From contig CAWDFL010000003.1 in the NCBI GenBank assembly GCA_963801665.1, forward strand, positions 88,901 to 152,900: DNA of 64,000 nt. The letters are read 5' to 3'. This document shows, in pieces, positions 1 through 8,954 of this stretch (positions within the stretch are counted from its first letter, which is position 1; each line of letters starts with the position of its first letter). Source of the DNA: an uncultured delta proteobacterium. Lineage in GTDB: Bacteria; Desulfobacterota; Binatia; Binatales; Binataceae. Made by a program: the position numbers and the translations under genes. The notes below the pieces were generated by a model. It had not been told where the DNA came from, did not search any database, and worked only from the letters and a program-made list of their open reading frames with translations.

Positions 1-538
1 ACTTCGCGAATCGAGCGTTTGAGTTCGCTCGCGGTCAGCGCCGTTGATAGGCCGACGTCGAGAACGGCAAACGGCTTTCCATTGATCCGAATCTCCCGGC
101 GCATTTCGTAGGTCGAATCGCCCCAGAGCAGAAACACTCTTGTCATTCGGAGCCATGACGAAGTTTCCGCTTGCAGGTTCTCGAAGGATTGAACGGGTGG
201 GACCGCCGGAGCGCCCGGAGACTCAGGCGTCGAGATGATCACCGAGCCATCGGGACTCTCTATTCGTGCATAGGCCACGCCCTTGCCGAACGCGCGATAC
301 GAATCGAGCAGCGCGCGCAACGAGGCATCGTGGGCCAGTGCGGTAAGCGGGTCGCCATGCGCGGTCGCAAGCGTGACGCGCATTTGTTCGTAGGCTTGGC
401 CCGTCAGCAGGTCGCCGGAAGCTGCAAGGTCGCCGATCGTCAGCTTCATCGTGCGATTGATCTGTATCGCACCGATCGCGAAGACCACGGCCATCAACAA
501 TCCTAGAAATGCGATCGCAAGTTTAGAGCGCAGGCCCA
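1..538 (-). CDS. membrane protein, probable sensor histidine kinase N-terminal portion (partial, continues past window start)
   Basis: Minus-strand ATG at 536-538, 29 nt downstream of the regulator stop. Translation MGLRSKLAIAFLGLLMAVVFAIGAIQINRTMKLTIGDLAASGDLLTGQAYEQ... shows one TM helix then a soluble sensor-like region. Absent from the ORF track because it is truncated by the window edge. Confidence 0.4.
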
Positions 539-566
539 TATTCCAGGTCCCCTCTGGCGTGCGGGC

Positions 567-1940
567 TCAGTTCGTTTGAGATTGTTTTGCGGCGCGGTAC
601 TTTCCCAAGCGATTGTAGAGAGTCTTTAAACTGATATGGAGAATTTCGGCGGTACGCACTTTATTTCCGTGCTCCGCGTCGAGCGTCCGAAGGATCAATT
701 CCTGTTCGGCCTCTTCCAGAGAACATCCGACCCGAGTCTCGACTGCCTCCTTGGCGATTCCGCGGCCGGTGACATCGGGAGGCAAATCCGCGACAGTCAT
801 CAGAGGTCCACGCGCCACCACGGCCGCGCGCTGGATCGCATTTCGCAACTCGCGGACATTTCCGGGCCACGAGTACGCTCTCATCGCCTCCAGGCAATCG
901 GCATCGACGCCGCTAATCCCGGTGCCGTCGGGATTCGCGAACAGATGCAGAAAATGATTGATGAGTACCGGAAGATCCTCGAGGCGTTTTCGTAACGGCG
1001 GTACTTCGATTGAAAATACATTGAGTCGGAAGAAGAGATCCTGCCGGAATTTTCCCTCGCGGATTGCCGCGCCAAGGTCCCGGTTCGAGGCCGCAAGCAC
1101 CCGCACGTCGAGCGGTATTTCGGTGACACCGCCCAGCCGGCGCATCTTCTGATCTTCGAGAACGCGCAGCAGTTTAGCCTGCAGATCGACACGCATTTCG
1201 CTTATTTCGTCGAGGAGCAAGGTTCCCCCACGTGCCAGCTCGAAGCATCCTTCGCGTTTTCGGTCCGCGCCGGTAAACGCTCCTCGTTCGTGGCCGAACA
1301 AGTCACTCTCCATCAGCGATTCGGGCAGCGCGGCACAATTCACCGCGACATAAGGGCCGTCACGACGCCCCGACAGATCGTGGATCGTTCGCGCGACGAT
1401 CTCTTTGCCGCAGCCGCTCGAGCCGGTGATAATCACGGGAGCATTGCTTGGCGCAATCTGTTCGATCGCCAGCATGACGCGGCGCATAGCCGGCGACTCG
1501 CCGATCAGGGGACCCAACTCGCCAACCTGGATTAGCCTCTGGCGCAATCGCCGGTTTTCCGCGCTGATATTCAGGTGATCGCTCAGGTTATGGAGCAGAA
1601 CCTTGAGATGGGGCAGGTCCACGGGCTTGCGCAAATAATCGTAAGCCCCCAGCTTCATCGACTTTACCGCATCGGGAATCTCGCCCTCGCCTGACACAAT
1701 GATTGTCGGCTGCTGCGCGCCCTGGTCTCGAAGCTCGGCAAGGACTTCCAGACCGTCCTTGCGCGGGAGCTTCAAGTCGAGCAACAAGATGTCCGGCTCG
1801 CTCAGATGAACCAGTTCGAGCGCACGTACGCCGTCCTCGGCAGCGATAATCTGGTATCCCCATGAATCTATAAGCTCGGACCAGGCGTTGCGGGTTGACG
1901 CATCGTCTTCCGCGACCAGAATTCGTTTCGCGTCGCTCAT
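567..1940 (-). CDS. sigma-54-dependent response regulator (NtrC family: receiver + AAA+ sigma54 activator + Fis-type HTH)
   Basis: N-terminal receiver (LVAEDDASTR...DILLLDLKLP), Walker A GSSGCGKE, GAFTGA motif (ERGAFTGADRKREG), ESDLFGHE, C-terminal HTH (NKVRTAEILHISLKTLYNRL). Confidence 0.92.
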   Translation of the reverse strand: MSDAKRILVAEDDASTRNAWSELIDSWGYQIIAAEDGVRALELVHLSEPDILLLDLKLPRKDGLEVLAELRDQGAQQPTIIVSGEGEIPDAVKSMKLGAYDYLRKPVDLPHLKVLLHNLSDHLNISAENRRLRQRLIQVGELGPLIGESPAMRRVMLAIEQIAPSNAPVIITGSSGCGKEIVARTIHDLSGRRDGPYVAVNCAALPESLMESDLFGHERGAFTGADRKREGCFELARGGTLLLDEISEMRVDLQAKLLRVLEDQKMRRLGGVTEIPLDVRVLAASNRDLGAAIREGKFRQDLFFRLNVFSIEVPPLRKRLEDLPVLINHFLHLFANPDGTGISGVDADCLEAMRAYSWPGNVRELRNAIQRAAVVARGPLMTVADLPPDVTGRGIAKEAVETRVGCSLEEAEQELILRTLDAEHGNKVRTAEILHISLKTLYNRLGKYRAAKQSQTN

Positions 1941-2018
1941 AGTTAGTTAAATCCAAGTCAGAAGTTTTCAGAAACAAATGGGTTTGATTATACAGAAGCC
2001 CCGGTATTCTTCATCTGG

Positions 2019-2034
2019 CAGCAATTCTGGTACC
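2019..2034 (-). promoter_or_regulatory. candidate sigma-54 (-24/-12) promoter upstream of the sigma-54 activator gene
   Basis: Minus strand reads cGGtACc-agaa-TTGCt, with GG and GC separated by 10 nt (consensus TGGCAC-N5-TTGCW). It lies about 80 bp upstream of the start at 1940, in an AT-rich 446-bp spacer. Confidence 0.3.
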
Positions 2035-2386
2035 GCTCAGATTTGCCCGAGTCACGGAAAATCTTTTCCAGCCTGTCGGTACCAAGAAAGATTTTCATTC
2101 GACTCACGTGGTCGAATTGTTAGACGGGTAAAGAAGTGATTCGTTACAAACCGAATATGAAAACTACGCGAAATAATTTCGCACATTTGAGCGGCGCCGC
2201 GATCATCCCTGTTTTGAATTGGCGTGTCGTTTGATCGCAAGCTATTTGATGCAGCCGCGAGATCAAATCACACACAGTCCAATATGTGCGCATTACGCGG
2301 ACTAAGATTCGCACGCCTATGCCGCGAAGATCGCGGCACCGCTTCACTCATTTGGATATACGCGCGGCCCGGCTATTTCGGCTATG

Positions 2387-3241
2387 TCAAAAGTACACGT
2401 TCGGCATCGCACGCGCTTCGCGTTTGCGATAGAGCCACGCATGATCGAACAGATGCAGCAAATACATCTGGTCGATCCATCGAGCATTCTTGAAGATGCG
2501 GCGCGAACGTAAAAAGCGGTATTGCTCGATCTTGCGCAACTCATGCTGCGAATTGAAGTCTTTAACGGCCAGAAGCTCTCCAGCCCACTCGTTGTAATTG
2601 GGTAGCACAATATCGTCGAAATAAAGGACCGGCAGGAACAGATACTTTGACGTATCCCGATCGGCCAATAGTGTGAGCGCTTCGCTGGTCGATGTGTAGT
2701 AATCCAAATCGAAGGCGGCGAATCCGAGCGGTGACGTACTGGTGAGCGAAGCCAGGAACTGTGGAACCGTTTCGCGGACCGGCCCAAGAATCAGGCGGCA
2801 ATTCGACGGCAGCCGCGATTGAAGTTTGTCGAATTCCATCGGAAAGTCGCCGGCCTGAAATTCCTCCGGATGATCGCGATAATCCACCGGCTCCGGCATC
2901 CCGGTGCCGCTGTCGAAGCCGGCGATATTCACCGCGATACCGGTAGCTTCACTCAGTTGTTCTGCGATCTTGCACAAGTTGAGCAGACCCTCGCCGGACG
3001 CGACTCCGAATTCCACCGCGGTAAAAGAGGTTAATCCCGCCTCAATTGCCTGGTCGGCCGCAGCCAACAGCCCATATGCGTAATGCGGGCGAGAAATCAG
3101 ATCGCACGCCACCTTGGCGCGAAAAGAGCCAAACAGTGCTACCCCTAGCGCAGCGGCATTCAGATGGATCGGCTCGGTCAAGCGTTCCCGAAGAATTCGG
3201 TAACGTGCGCTACGCTGATGACGAATTTTCTGAAGCAACAT
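2387..3241 (-). CDS. hypothetical protein, possibly TylF/MycF-like class I SAM methyltransferase fold
   Basis: 284-aa ORF, last gene of the minus-strand operon. The motif TAVEFGVASGEGLLNL resembles MTase motif I (V-E-x-G-x-x-x-G). Confidence 0.5.
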   Translation of the reverse strand: MLLQKIRHQRSARYRILRERLTEPIHLNAAALGVALFGSFRAKVACDLISRPHYAYGLLAAADQAIEAGLTSFTAVEFGVASGEGLLNLCKIAEQLSEATGIAVNIAGFDSGTGMPEPVDYRDHPEEFQAGDFPMEFDKLQSRLPSNCRLILGPVRETVPQFLASLTSTSPLGFAAFDLDYYTSTSEALTLLADRDTSKYLFLPVLYFDDIVLPNYNEWAGELLAVKDFNSQHELRKIEQYRFLRSRRIFKNARWIDQMYLLHLFDHAWLYRKREARAMPNVYF

Positions 3242-3274
3242 AGGTTAACTCGTGCGTTCTCGTGGCGCTCTTCA

Positions 3275-3895
3275 GCGCTGGATCAGCCGGGCCGCTTTGC
3301 GCGACAGAGCCGTTAGCGCGTCGCTTCGCGCCAGATAATTATCGCGGAACTCGGACAAAAAGCGGCGTGCGGCGATTCCTGGTTCGTGGTGGTGAAGGGT
3401 GCCGGAAGATAAAGAGCCGCCGTGGGCGACATTGACTATTTTCAGATCAACGTTCTGGCGTGGTGCGAGTTTAAGCTGGATCGTGAGCGAATCCCGCTTG
3501 GCCTCGAAGTCGATCGCACGTCCGTCAACCAGAACTCCTGCCGGCGGAATGGCACTATCGATTTGCTTTGACAGAGACAGGACTGCCGGTTCGCTGTATG
3601 GATTGGCAAGGTTCAGCTCATCCGTGAAGAAGCGAACTTCGCCGCCATGCGGGCCGGTCCGGCGGTACAGCGCGGTGGAACGCAGCGTCGTCGCGAGCGG
3701 AGCCCAGGTAAGGTTAGGGTCGATAGAATTAATCCGGTCCGCCCATTCTGAGATTTCGCGAGCATCATTTTTGAAATTCTGATGATGCGCGGTGATCAGA
3801 AGTGGTTTGCCAAGAAAAAGATCGAGTGCGAACTCAGCAATCGAGCGCGGATACCTTCTCGAGAAAGGGGAAAACCTGCTCGCGTGACGGCGCCG
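3275..3895 (-). pseudogene. startless 207-codon open frame immediately 3' of, and overlapping, the deacetylase-domain gene; probable frameshifted C-terminal extension
   Basis: Minus frame (+ triplet starts = 2 mod 3) has no stop from 3895 to 3275 (stop tca at 3272-3274) and no ATG/GTG start. The translation ...AEFALDLFLGKPLLITAHHQNFKNDAREISEWADRINSIDPNLTWAPLATTLRSTALYRRTGPHGGEVRFFTDELNLANPYSEPAVLSLSKQIDSAIPPAGVLVDGRAIDFEAKRDSLTIQLKLAPRQNVDLKIVNVAHGGS... looks protein-like. The region is otherwise a 550-bp gene-free gap inside an overlapping operon. Confidence 0.3.
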
Positions 3896-5064
3896 TCAAG
3901 CAAATCACGAAGTGTCGGACCGCTGTCATCCGGATCCGCCGGAAGCACCGACGTATTCACGGCGGCCAGATACCCCTCCGCTCTGAGCGCGGGCAGAGCG
4001 GAATTCGAGAATACGCCTTGCGGAAAGATCATGATCGGTTCGTATCCGACCCCGGTGATTTGCTTGTGCCGCTGCGCTCGTTCCAGCGCGAGCCGTGCCT
4101 TTGCCCGAAGAACTCGCCGGTCGCGAATCCCGAACTCTCCGGCGGAATGATCGCATCCATGCATGCAGATCGACAGTATGTCGCGATTGCGTTTGAATAG
4201 TTCCGCAGTCACCGGGTCGCTTCTGCGATAATTCCACGGAATGAAGGCAATAGTGCTCGCGAACCGATGCGTGCGCATAGCCGCGACCAGCCGATCGTAG
4301 GTAAGGCACCCATATCGCGGCCGCAGCAACGGATCGTCAATCGTCACGGTCGCGTGGCGCCGCGGATTGCTCCAGCATCGATCACCAAAACTCTGGCGCA
4401 TGAAGATCATCGCGGGAAGCAAGGCTGGCGCGATTTCTTCCCGAAGGTTCGCGTGTGGCATCGGGGCGTCTACATCGGCAATTTCGCTCGACGCGAGCAG
4501 AAAACATCGGCAGCCGAACTGTCTCAGAGCCACTAGAAATGGCCGGTTCTGGAGCGATACCAGTTGCTCGGATGCGTCGAACCAATTCCCCGCGAAGGCC
4601 TGCAGCCCCGACTGATGATTTACGGAAAACGAGATTCCCGAGAGTTGCGCACAAGCGCCGCTGGATGCGCCGCTAATTCCACAGACGAGCGTGGAATCGG
4701 GGATCTCGGTCGTTCCTTCCATGCGTCCGTCGGTGAGTTCACTGACGGCCGAACCTGCGCCCGGTTCTGCGGCCCCGTATATGAAGGCGGATTCGATGCC
4801 GGCGAGGAGCCGCCGGGCAAACTCACTTTCCGATTCTCTGGCAAGCATCGAGACGGTGTCAGCGCGGGCCGCCAGCACTCGCTCGCCGGCAGTCTGCAGT
4901 ACCGAAGCCATCTGCACCGCTGACGCCGTGCTTTCCACTTGATAGACCGCGGTCTCAATACCCATCACTGCCGCAAGGCGAACGAGTTTTTCGTCCGACG
5001 TTCGCGAGCGTCGAGAGGATAACAGTGCCAGTCGTGATGCCATTGTCGCGTCAGGATTCCTCAC
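3796..5064 (-). CDS. polysaccharide deacetylase (NodB-like) domain protein with unknown N-terminal domain; 3' end possibly frameshifted into the 3275..3895 frame
   Basis: C-terminal half has NodB-like motifs (ATVTIDDPLL, ICMHGCDHSAGEF, IAFIPWNY). GTG start overlaps the ACP gene end by 14 nt. Confidence 0.6.
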   Translation of the reverse strand: MRNPDATMASRLALLSSRRSRTSDEKLVRLAAVMGIETAVYQVESTASAVQMASVLQTAGERVLAARADTVSMLARESESEFARRLLAGIESAFIYGAAEPGAGSAVSELTDGRMEGTTEIPDSTLVCGISGASSGACAQLSGISFSVNHQSGLQAFAGNWFDASEQLVSLQNRPFLVALRQFGCRCFLLASSEIADVDAPMPHANLREEIAPALLPAMIFMRQSFGDRCWSNPRRHATVTIDDPLLRPRYGCLTYDRLVAAMRTHRFASTIAFIPWNYRRSDPVTAELFKRNRDILSICMHGCDHSAGEFGIRDRRVLRAKARLALERAQRHKQITGVGYEPIMIFPQGVFSNSALPALRAEGYLAAVNTSVLPADPDDSGPTLRDLLDGAVTRAGFPLSREGIRARLLSSHSIFFLANHF

Positions 5065-5389
5065 GAAGGAGCTCGTCGAGTGCGTCCGTCAGGCTGCCGA
5101 CCGTCCTGAGCGCGCTGGGAGTGAGCATCGCATCGCCGGCTTCTCCGGCGAGCACAATTTCGCGACCGAACGATTCACGAAATTCATCTTCGACAAACAC
5201 CAGGAGATTGATCACCGACAGCGAATCGAGAGTCGTATTGGGGTCGACCAGTGGCGTTACCCGATCCTTTTTCAATTGCTGCGATTCAGCCAGCAACTTG
5301 TTGACTTGATCGATCGCTCGCGAAACCACGTCTTCGGCGGTCGCGGCTCCGCGCGCGGCGGGGTTGCTATTGTTGTGCCTCGCCGCCAT
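5051..5389 (-). CDS. acyl carrier protein
   Basis: Internal Met of the 191-aa ORF gives the 112-aa MAARHNN...LDSLSVINLLVFVEDEF... with a DSL phosphopantetheine-attachment motif. The start overlaps the stop of the upstream gene (ATGA). Confidence 0.8.
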   Translation of the reverse strand: MAARHNNSNPAARGAATAEDVVSRAIDQVNKLLAESQQLKKDRVTPLVDPNTTLDSLSVINLLVFVEDEFRESFGREIVLAGEAGDAMLTPSALRTVGSLTDALDELLREES

Positions 5390-5952
5390 CAGCGCACCTC
5401 GCTTCTGGATCCCGAACCGACGCCAGCTCCGCGCGCGCGCACGGGCCTCAATCCGCGGAAAAACGCAAAATACGAAGGCGCGATCGCCAGCGGCACGGCC
5501 GCCGTCGCGATCTGCTCCGACGGTGCTGGTCTGATGAACGCGTGGGCAGCAACGTTGCTTGTTATTACTGACCCGGCTCCGATTACCGCGCCTTCGCCAA
5601 TAGTCAGTATTCGGTCGCTGACGCAACTAATCAAACAACATGCTCCAATCCAGACGTCTCTCTCGATTACTATTCCGCCGGGTCCGCGAAGGTGCGCGAT
5701 TATCACGGTACGCAGAGCGATCTCCACGTTGTCGCCGATCTCGACGCATTCCGGATATTCATTTTCGATATATACATCGTCGCCGATAAATACATTGCAA
5801 CCGATCGCGACGCCGCGCAGGCGATGCAGGCGTGGGCGGACGCTTCGGCTTCCGGGCAGAATCCGCGCGAGCTGATGCAGCACGCGATTACTCACGCGTG
5901 TCGCCAAAGATTTTGGCGCGACCCCGCGGCCTGGTGGTTGCTCAGCCATCAT
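5389..5952 (-). CDS. hexapeptide-repeat (left-handed beta-helix) acyl/acetyltransferase
   Basis: Repeated [LIV]-G-x-x-x-x hexapeptides (VAIGCNVFIGDDVYIENE...VEIGDNVEIALRTVI...VWIGACCLISCVSDRILTIGEGAVIGAGSVI). Confidence 0.8.
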   Translation of the reverse strand: MMAEQPPGRGVAPKSLATRVSNRVLHQLARILPGSRSVRPRLHRLRGVAIGCNVFIGDDVYIENEYPECVEIGDNVEIALRTVIIAHLRGPGGIVIERDVWIGACCLISCVSDRILTIGEGAVIGAGSVITSNVAAHAFIRPAPSEQIATAAVPLAIAPSYFAFFRGLRPVRARGAGVGSGSRSEVR

Positions 5953-7759
5953 CTGTAACCTGCGTAACCTGCTGCGCGAGATCGGAGACGGGCGCGCAGA
6001 TGCTATTTAAGTTGCTCAGGCCTGCCCAACTGAGCCTGAGCGCCGCCGGCAGCGGGAAATCAGTGTTCAGATTCCAGGAAAAGCCTGACTTGGATGGACC
6101 TGTGTGCACCGCGGCCGCCTCGAAGAATTGGCGGCAAGGAAGATTTTTTGCGGTCGGCGCAGGATCCGCTGAGAGCTCCCTCATGCCGGCTTCGCGGGCG
6201 CATTTGCAGAGCACATGCAGCATCGCGTTTTCGACTTTTCTACCCATCACCCTGCAACTCAGCACGAAGTCCTCGACAGATGCGCGGTGGCTTGATCGGT
6301 CGAAGTGCAGACTTCCGATTCCCGTCAAGCCGTAGTCGCCGAACTTATCGGTGATGCGAAAAATCAGCACGCGATTATCCGGCGCCGTGGACCATGAACG
6401 AAATTCGCGGCTCGAAAGCCTGCGGGCGCGCAAATTCATTTGATTGGTCTTGTTGAGCAATTGAACTGCTCGTTCGAGGTTGGCGTCATCGAGGGGTTCG
6501 ACGCTGACCGCCACATTGAGCGTCATCAACCACTCGTCGATCGAGACCAAAGTGGTTCGCAGCTCCTTTCGTTTGCGTTCCGACACATACATCGCGGTGC
6601 GATTTCGATCCTCGTCGCTCACTACCGGGGCGTCGAAGCAATCGAGCGCACGCAACGCGCGCGGAAAATCGATCGGATTGCTCGGCCATTCCGGCACCAG
6701 CACTGATGGCAGCGCCTGGCGCACCCGCGCGCGTTCGACGGGGCTATCGTCGAGAAAAACCGCAGCCTCGAGACCAAGGTTGAGCTCGGCGGCGAGCTCG
6801 GCGACATTCGCGGCTTTGTCTTCCCAATTGATGCGCCAGGCCGCAAAGTCCTCCAATCGCAGCGCCATGTCGGGGTGTGAACGGATAGCTTCGAGCGCGA
6901 TATGCTCCTGATTCTTACTGACGATCGCCAGCAAAATTCCCCGCCGGGTGAGACCGCGCAATTCAAGCTGGAAATCCCGGTACGCCTCTCCAACCGGATC
7001 GTGACCACCGATTCGCAAGTTGCGCCACCCCACATCGCCGACGATACCGCCCCACACAGTGTCATCCAGATCAAGGATAACCAGCTTGCGGGACTTGCCC
7101 TGGAGAGCTCGAAGTGCAGCGACGAGGTCCCGTGCGGCTTCCCGGAATACTCCGATTGAAAATGGAGTCTTCGACAAATACCAGAGCCGTTCGTCATATG
7201 CGCGATCGCCTTGCGAAGCGATCCAGCGCATCGAATCAAAAAGGTGAATGCGGGAATCCCTCAAGGCGACTTCCGCCAGGCGCAGGTTCATCTTCATGAG
7301 AAGCGCGGCGATCCCCAGACGCGGATGCATGTCGAGCAATCCGCGTCGCGTGTCGAGTGCGTGACATGACGACCAGGTGGGCACGAAAATGTGCCGCACA
7401 TGCGCAGGGATTGAGGTGAGGGCGTGCGCGAATTCATCCACTTCGCCGAGCACGCTCTCGGCGCTGAATTCCTCGTAGCGAAGCGCTTTGCCATAGCTCG
7501 GAGAAATCGCTTCGGGAGAGGTCCAAAGCAAGGTCCCGTCGAGATCCACCGGCCACGTGCTCGCCTCGCGGGACAATAGAAGCTGCATCACCTGCCCAAA
7601 CGCCGCAGTTCTGATGTCGAGTGCGAATCCGGTCTCGCGTTTGAGCAAGAGTGAGGCGAGGTTCTGCAGATTGAAGTCTGAGACAAGAAGAAAGTTAGAC
7701 GCGCGGCCGCGCTCCTTGTTCGCGGCCGGTTCATTCGCTCGAGCGCTATCGTTCGTCAT
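5942..7759 (-). CDS. FkbH-like HAD-superfamily subfamily IIIC protein with N-terminal extension
   Basis: HAD motif I with the IIIC signature LVILDLDDTVWGG, plus downstream SKN and DD motifs. 605 aa, larger than canonical FkbH (about 360 aa). Confidence 0.8.
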   Translation of the reverse strand: MTNDSARANEPAANKERGRASNFLLVSDFNLQNLASLLLKRETGFALDIRTAAFGQVMQLLLSREASTWPVDLDGTLLWTSPEAISPSYGKALRYEEFSAESVLGEVDEFAHALTSIPAHVRHIFVPTWSSCHALDTRRGLLDMHPRLGIAALLMKMNLRLAEVALRDSRIHLFDSMRWIASQGDRAYDERLWYLSKTPFSIGVFREAARDLVAALRALQGKSRKLVILDLDDTVWGGIVGDVGWRNLRIGGHDPVGEAYRDFQLELRGLTRRGILLAIVSKNQEHIALEAIRSHPDMALRLEDFAAWRINWEDKAANVAELAAELNLGLEAAVFLDDSPVERARVRQALPSVLVPEWPSNPIDFPRALRALDCFDAPVVSDEDRNRTAMYVSERKRKELRTTLVSIDEWLMTLNVAVSVEPLDDANLERAVQLLNKTNQMNLRARRLSSREFRSWSTAPDNRVLIFRITDKFGDYGLTGIGSLHFDRSSHRASVEDFVLSCRVMGRKVENAMLHVLCKCAREAGMRELSADPAPTAKNLPCRQFFEAAAVHTGPSKSGFSWNLNTDFPLPAALRLSWAGLSNLNSICAPVSDLAQQVTQVTDDG

Positions 7760-7765
7760 GGTCCT

Positions 7766-8674
7766 TCACTTGAGATGTCTGCCAAAATCAGCGACCGGTG
7801 CGACCATTGAGTCTACCGATGAAGGGGGGATCTGAGCGGAGGTGCGGGCGACAGGCGCGGCGGGCGAGAAACGCGGCTGAAATCTCGCCTTCAATGCCAT
7901 CACGATCGCCATCCATTGGTACGCACCACACAGCTTCAAACGGAATTCGATCAACCAATCAGTTGGATCAGCCCGGATTCGGCCGACGACAAACCCAGAA
8001 GGCGAACTCGACCGAAGTAGGGGAGTGCTCGCGAAGACGCGCGCGTAACCCGCGGTAGAGCATTGTTGCAAATGCGTGTCGCGGTACGCGCCGAATGGAA
8101 AACAGAACAGTCTTACGTCGCGACGAAGAATGCGCTCGAGTGTCGCCCGCGATTCGTGCAGCTCACTCATTACATCGGTATCGTCAAGCGACGTTAATCG
8201 CGCATGGGTCGTGGTGTGAGAACCGATCGTCACCAATTCACAATTCAGATCGCGCAATTCGGCCTCGGTAATCAGACGATCGTTGGGCTCGCCAAGCGAC
8301 TCGCCCAAACGGCCGGCAACAACAAAAATTGCGACGGGAATGCCTCGTAGCTTCATCTCGGGAAGTCCGTTTTCGACGAAACTCAACCATCCATCGTCGA
8401 CGGCCACAAACGCACAACGCGAAGCGCCATCGGGCAAACGATCGTGGTCAGCACGGACCGGTTTGGACCATCTGAGTAGATAGTCCATCTGGCGGGCAAA
8501 ACGCTCGCGATGCTGGGGAAGTACTTGGTGATAAAAGACTCCAACGCATATGGGTCGAGGCTGGCGCCCGAGGATCCGCTTCGCTGCGCGGGATAGTCTC
8601 GTAACGGCATAAAACACGATTGCTACCAGCAGCTTCGCGATCCTGGTTGGCAGGCTTTGATTGAATTGATCCAT
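7766..8674 (-). CDS. polysaccharide deacetylase family protein (NodB homology)
   Basis: VAVDDGW, IGSHTTTHARL and FCFPFGAY motifs typical of the carbohydrate esterase 4 / NodB domain. First gene of the minus-strand operon. Confidence 0.8.
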   Translation of the reverse strand: MDQFNQSLPTRIAKLLVAIVFYAVTRLSRAAKRILGRQPRPICVGVFYHQVLPQHRERFARQMDYLLRWSKPVRADHDRLPDGASRCAFVAVDDGWLSFVENGLPEMKLRGIPVAIFVVAGRLGESLGEPNDRLITEAELRDLNCELVTIGSHTTTHARLTSLDDTDVMSELHESRATLERILRRDVRLFCFPFGAYRDTHLQQCSTAGYARVFASTPLLRSSSPSGFVVGRIRADPTDWLIEFRLKLCGAYQWMAIVMALKARFQPRFSPAAPVARTSAQIPPSSVDSMVAPVADFGRHLK

Positions 8675-8954
8675 GCTGCGAGCGGAGCTTTGTTACGGTC
8701 CAGTCTGCGCACATCACCGCAGTTGATCCGAGCAATCACGATGCCATCGTGGAGCGCCGCAAAACTCGAACCTTATGGGTTTCGGTGCGGATAAAACCGG
8801 GGCTGGAAGCGCAAAAATTATCTTTCGCGGTTGTAATTCTTGCAATTACTGATTTCGTACGCGGGGGTCTCCGAGCACGAGCCAGCGCAGTATCGTCTGT
8901 TGGGTCTGAGGCTACGACTCGCCTGAGGCGGACGGAATCGGCTAAACTCGCGGG

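Noticed and set aside
171-506. 111-aa plus-strand ORF at the window start
   Set aside because: It is antisense to the better-supported membrane/sensor-kinase N-terminus, with a TTG start and Arg-rich composition.
3782-4150. Initial impression that the deacetylase stop codon was followed in-frame (TGA read-through or selenocysteine) by the long open frame
   Set aside because: Careful re-reading showed the open frame is in a different reading frame from the 422-aa ORF. That makes a frameshift, not stop-codon recoding, the relevant hypothesis.
8675-8954. Sigma-54-like GG-N11-GC match (GGttgtaattcttGC) upstream of the deacetylase/FkbH operon
   Set aside because: Spacing is 11 rather than 10 and the -24 element is poor, so it is not reported as a promoter.
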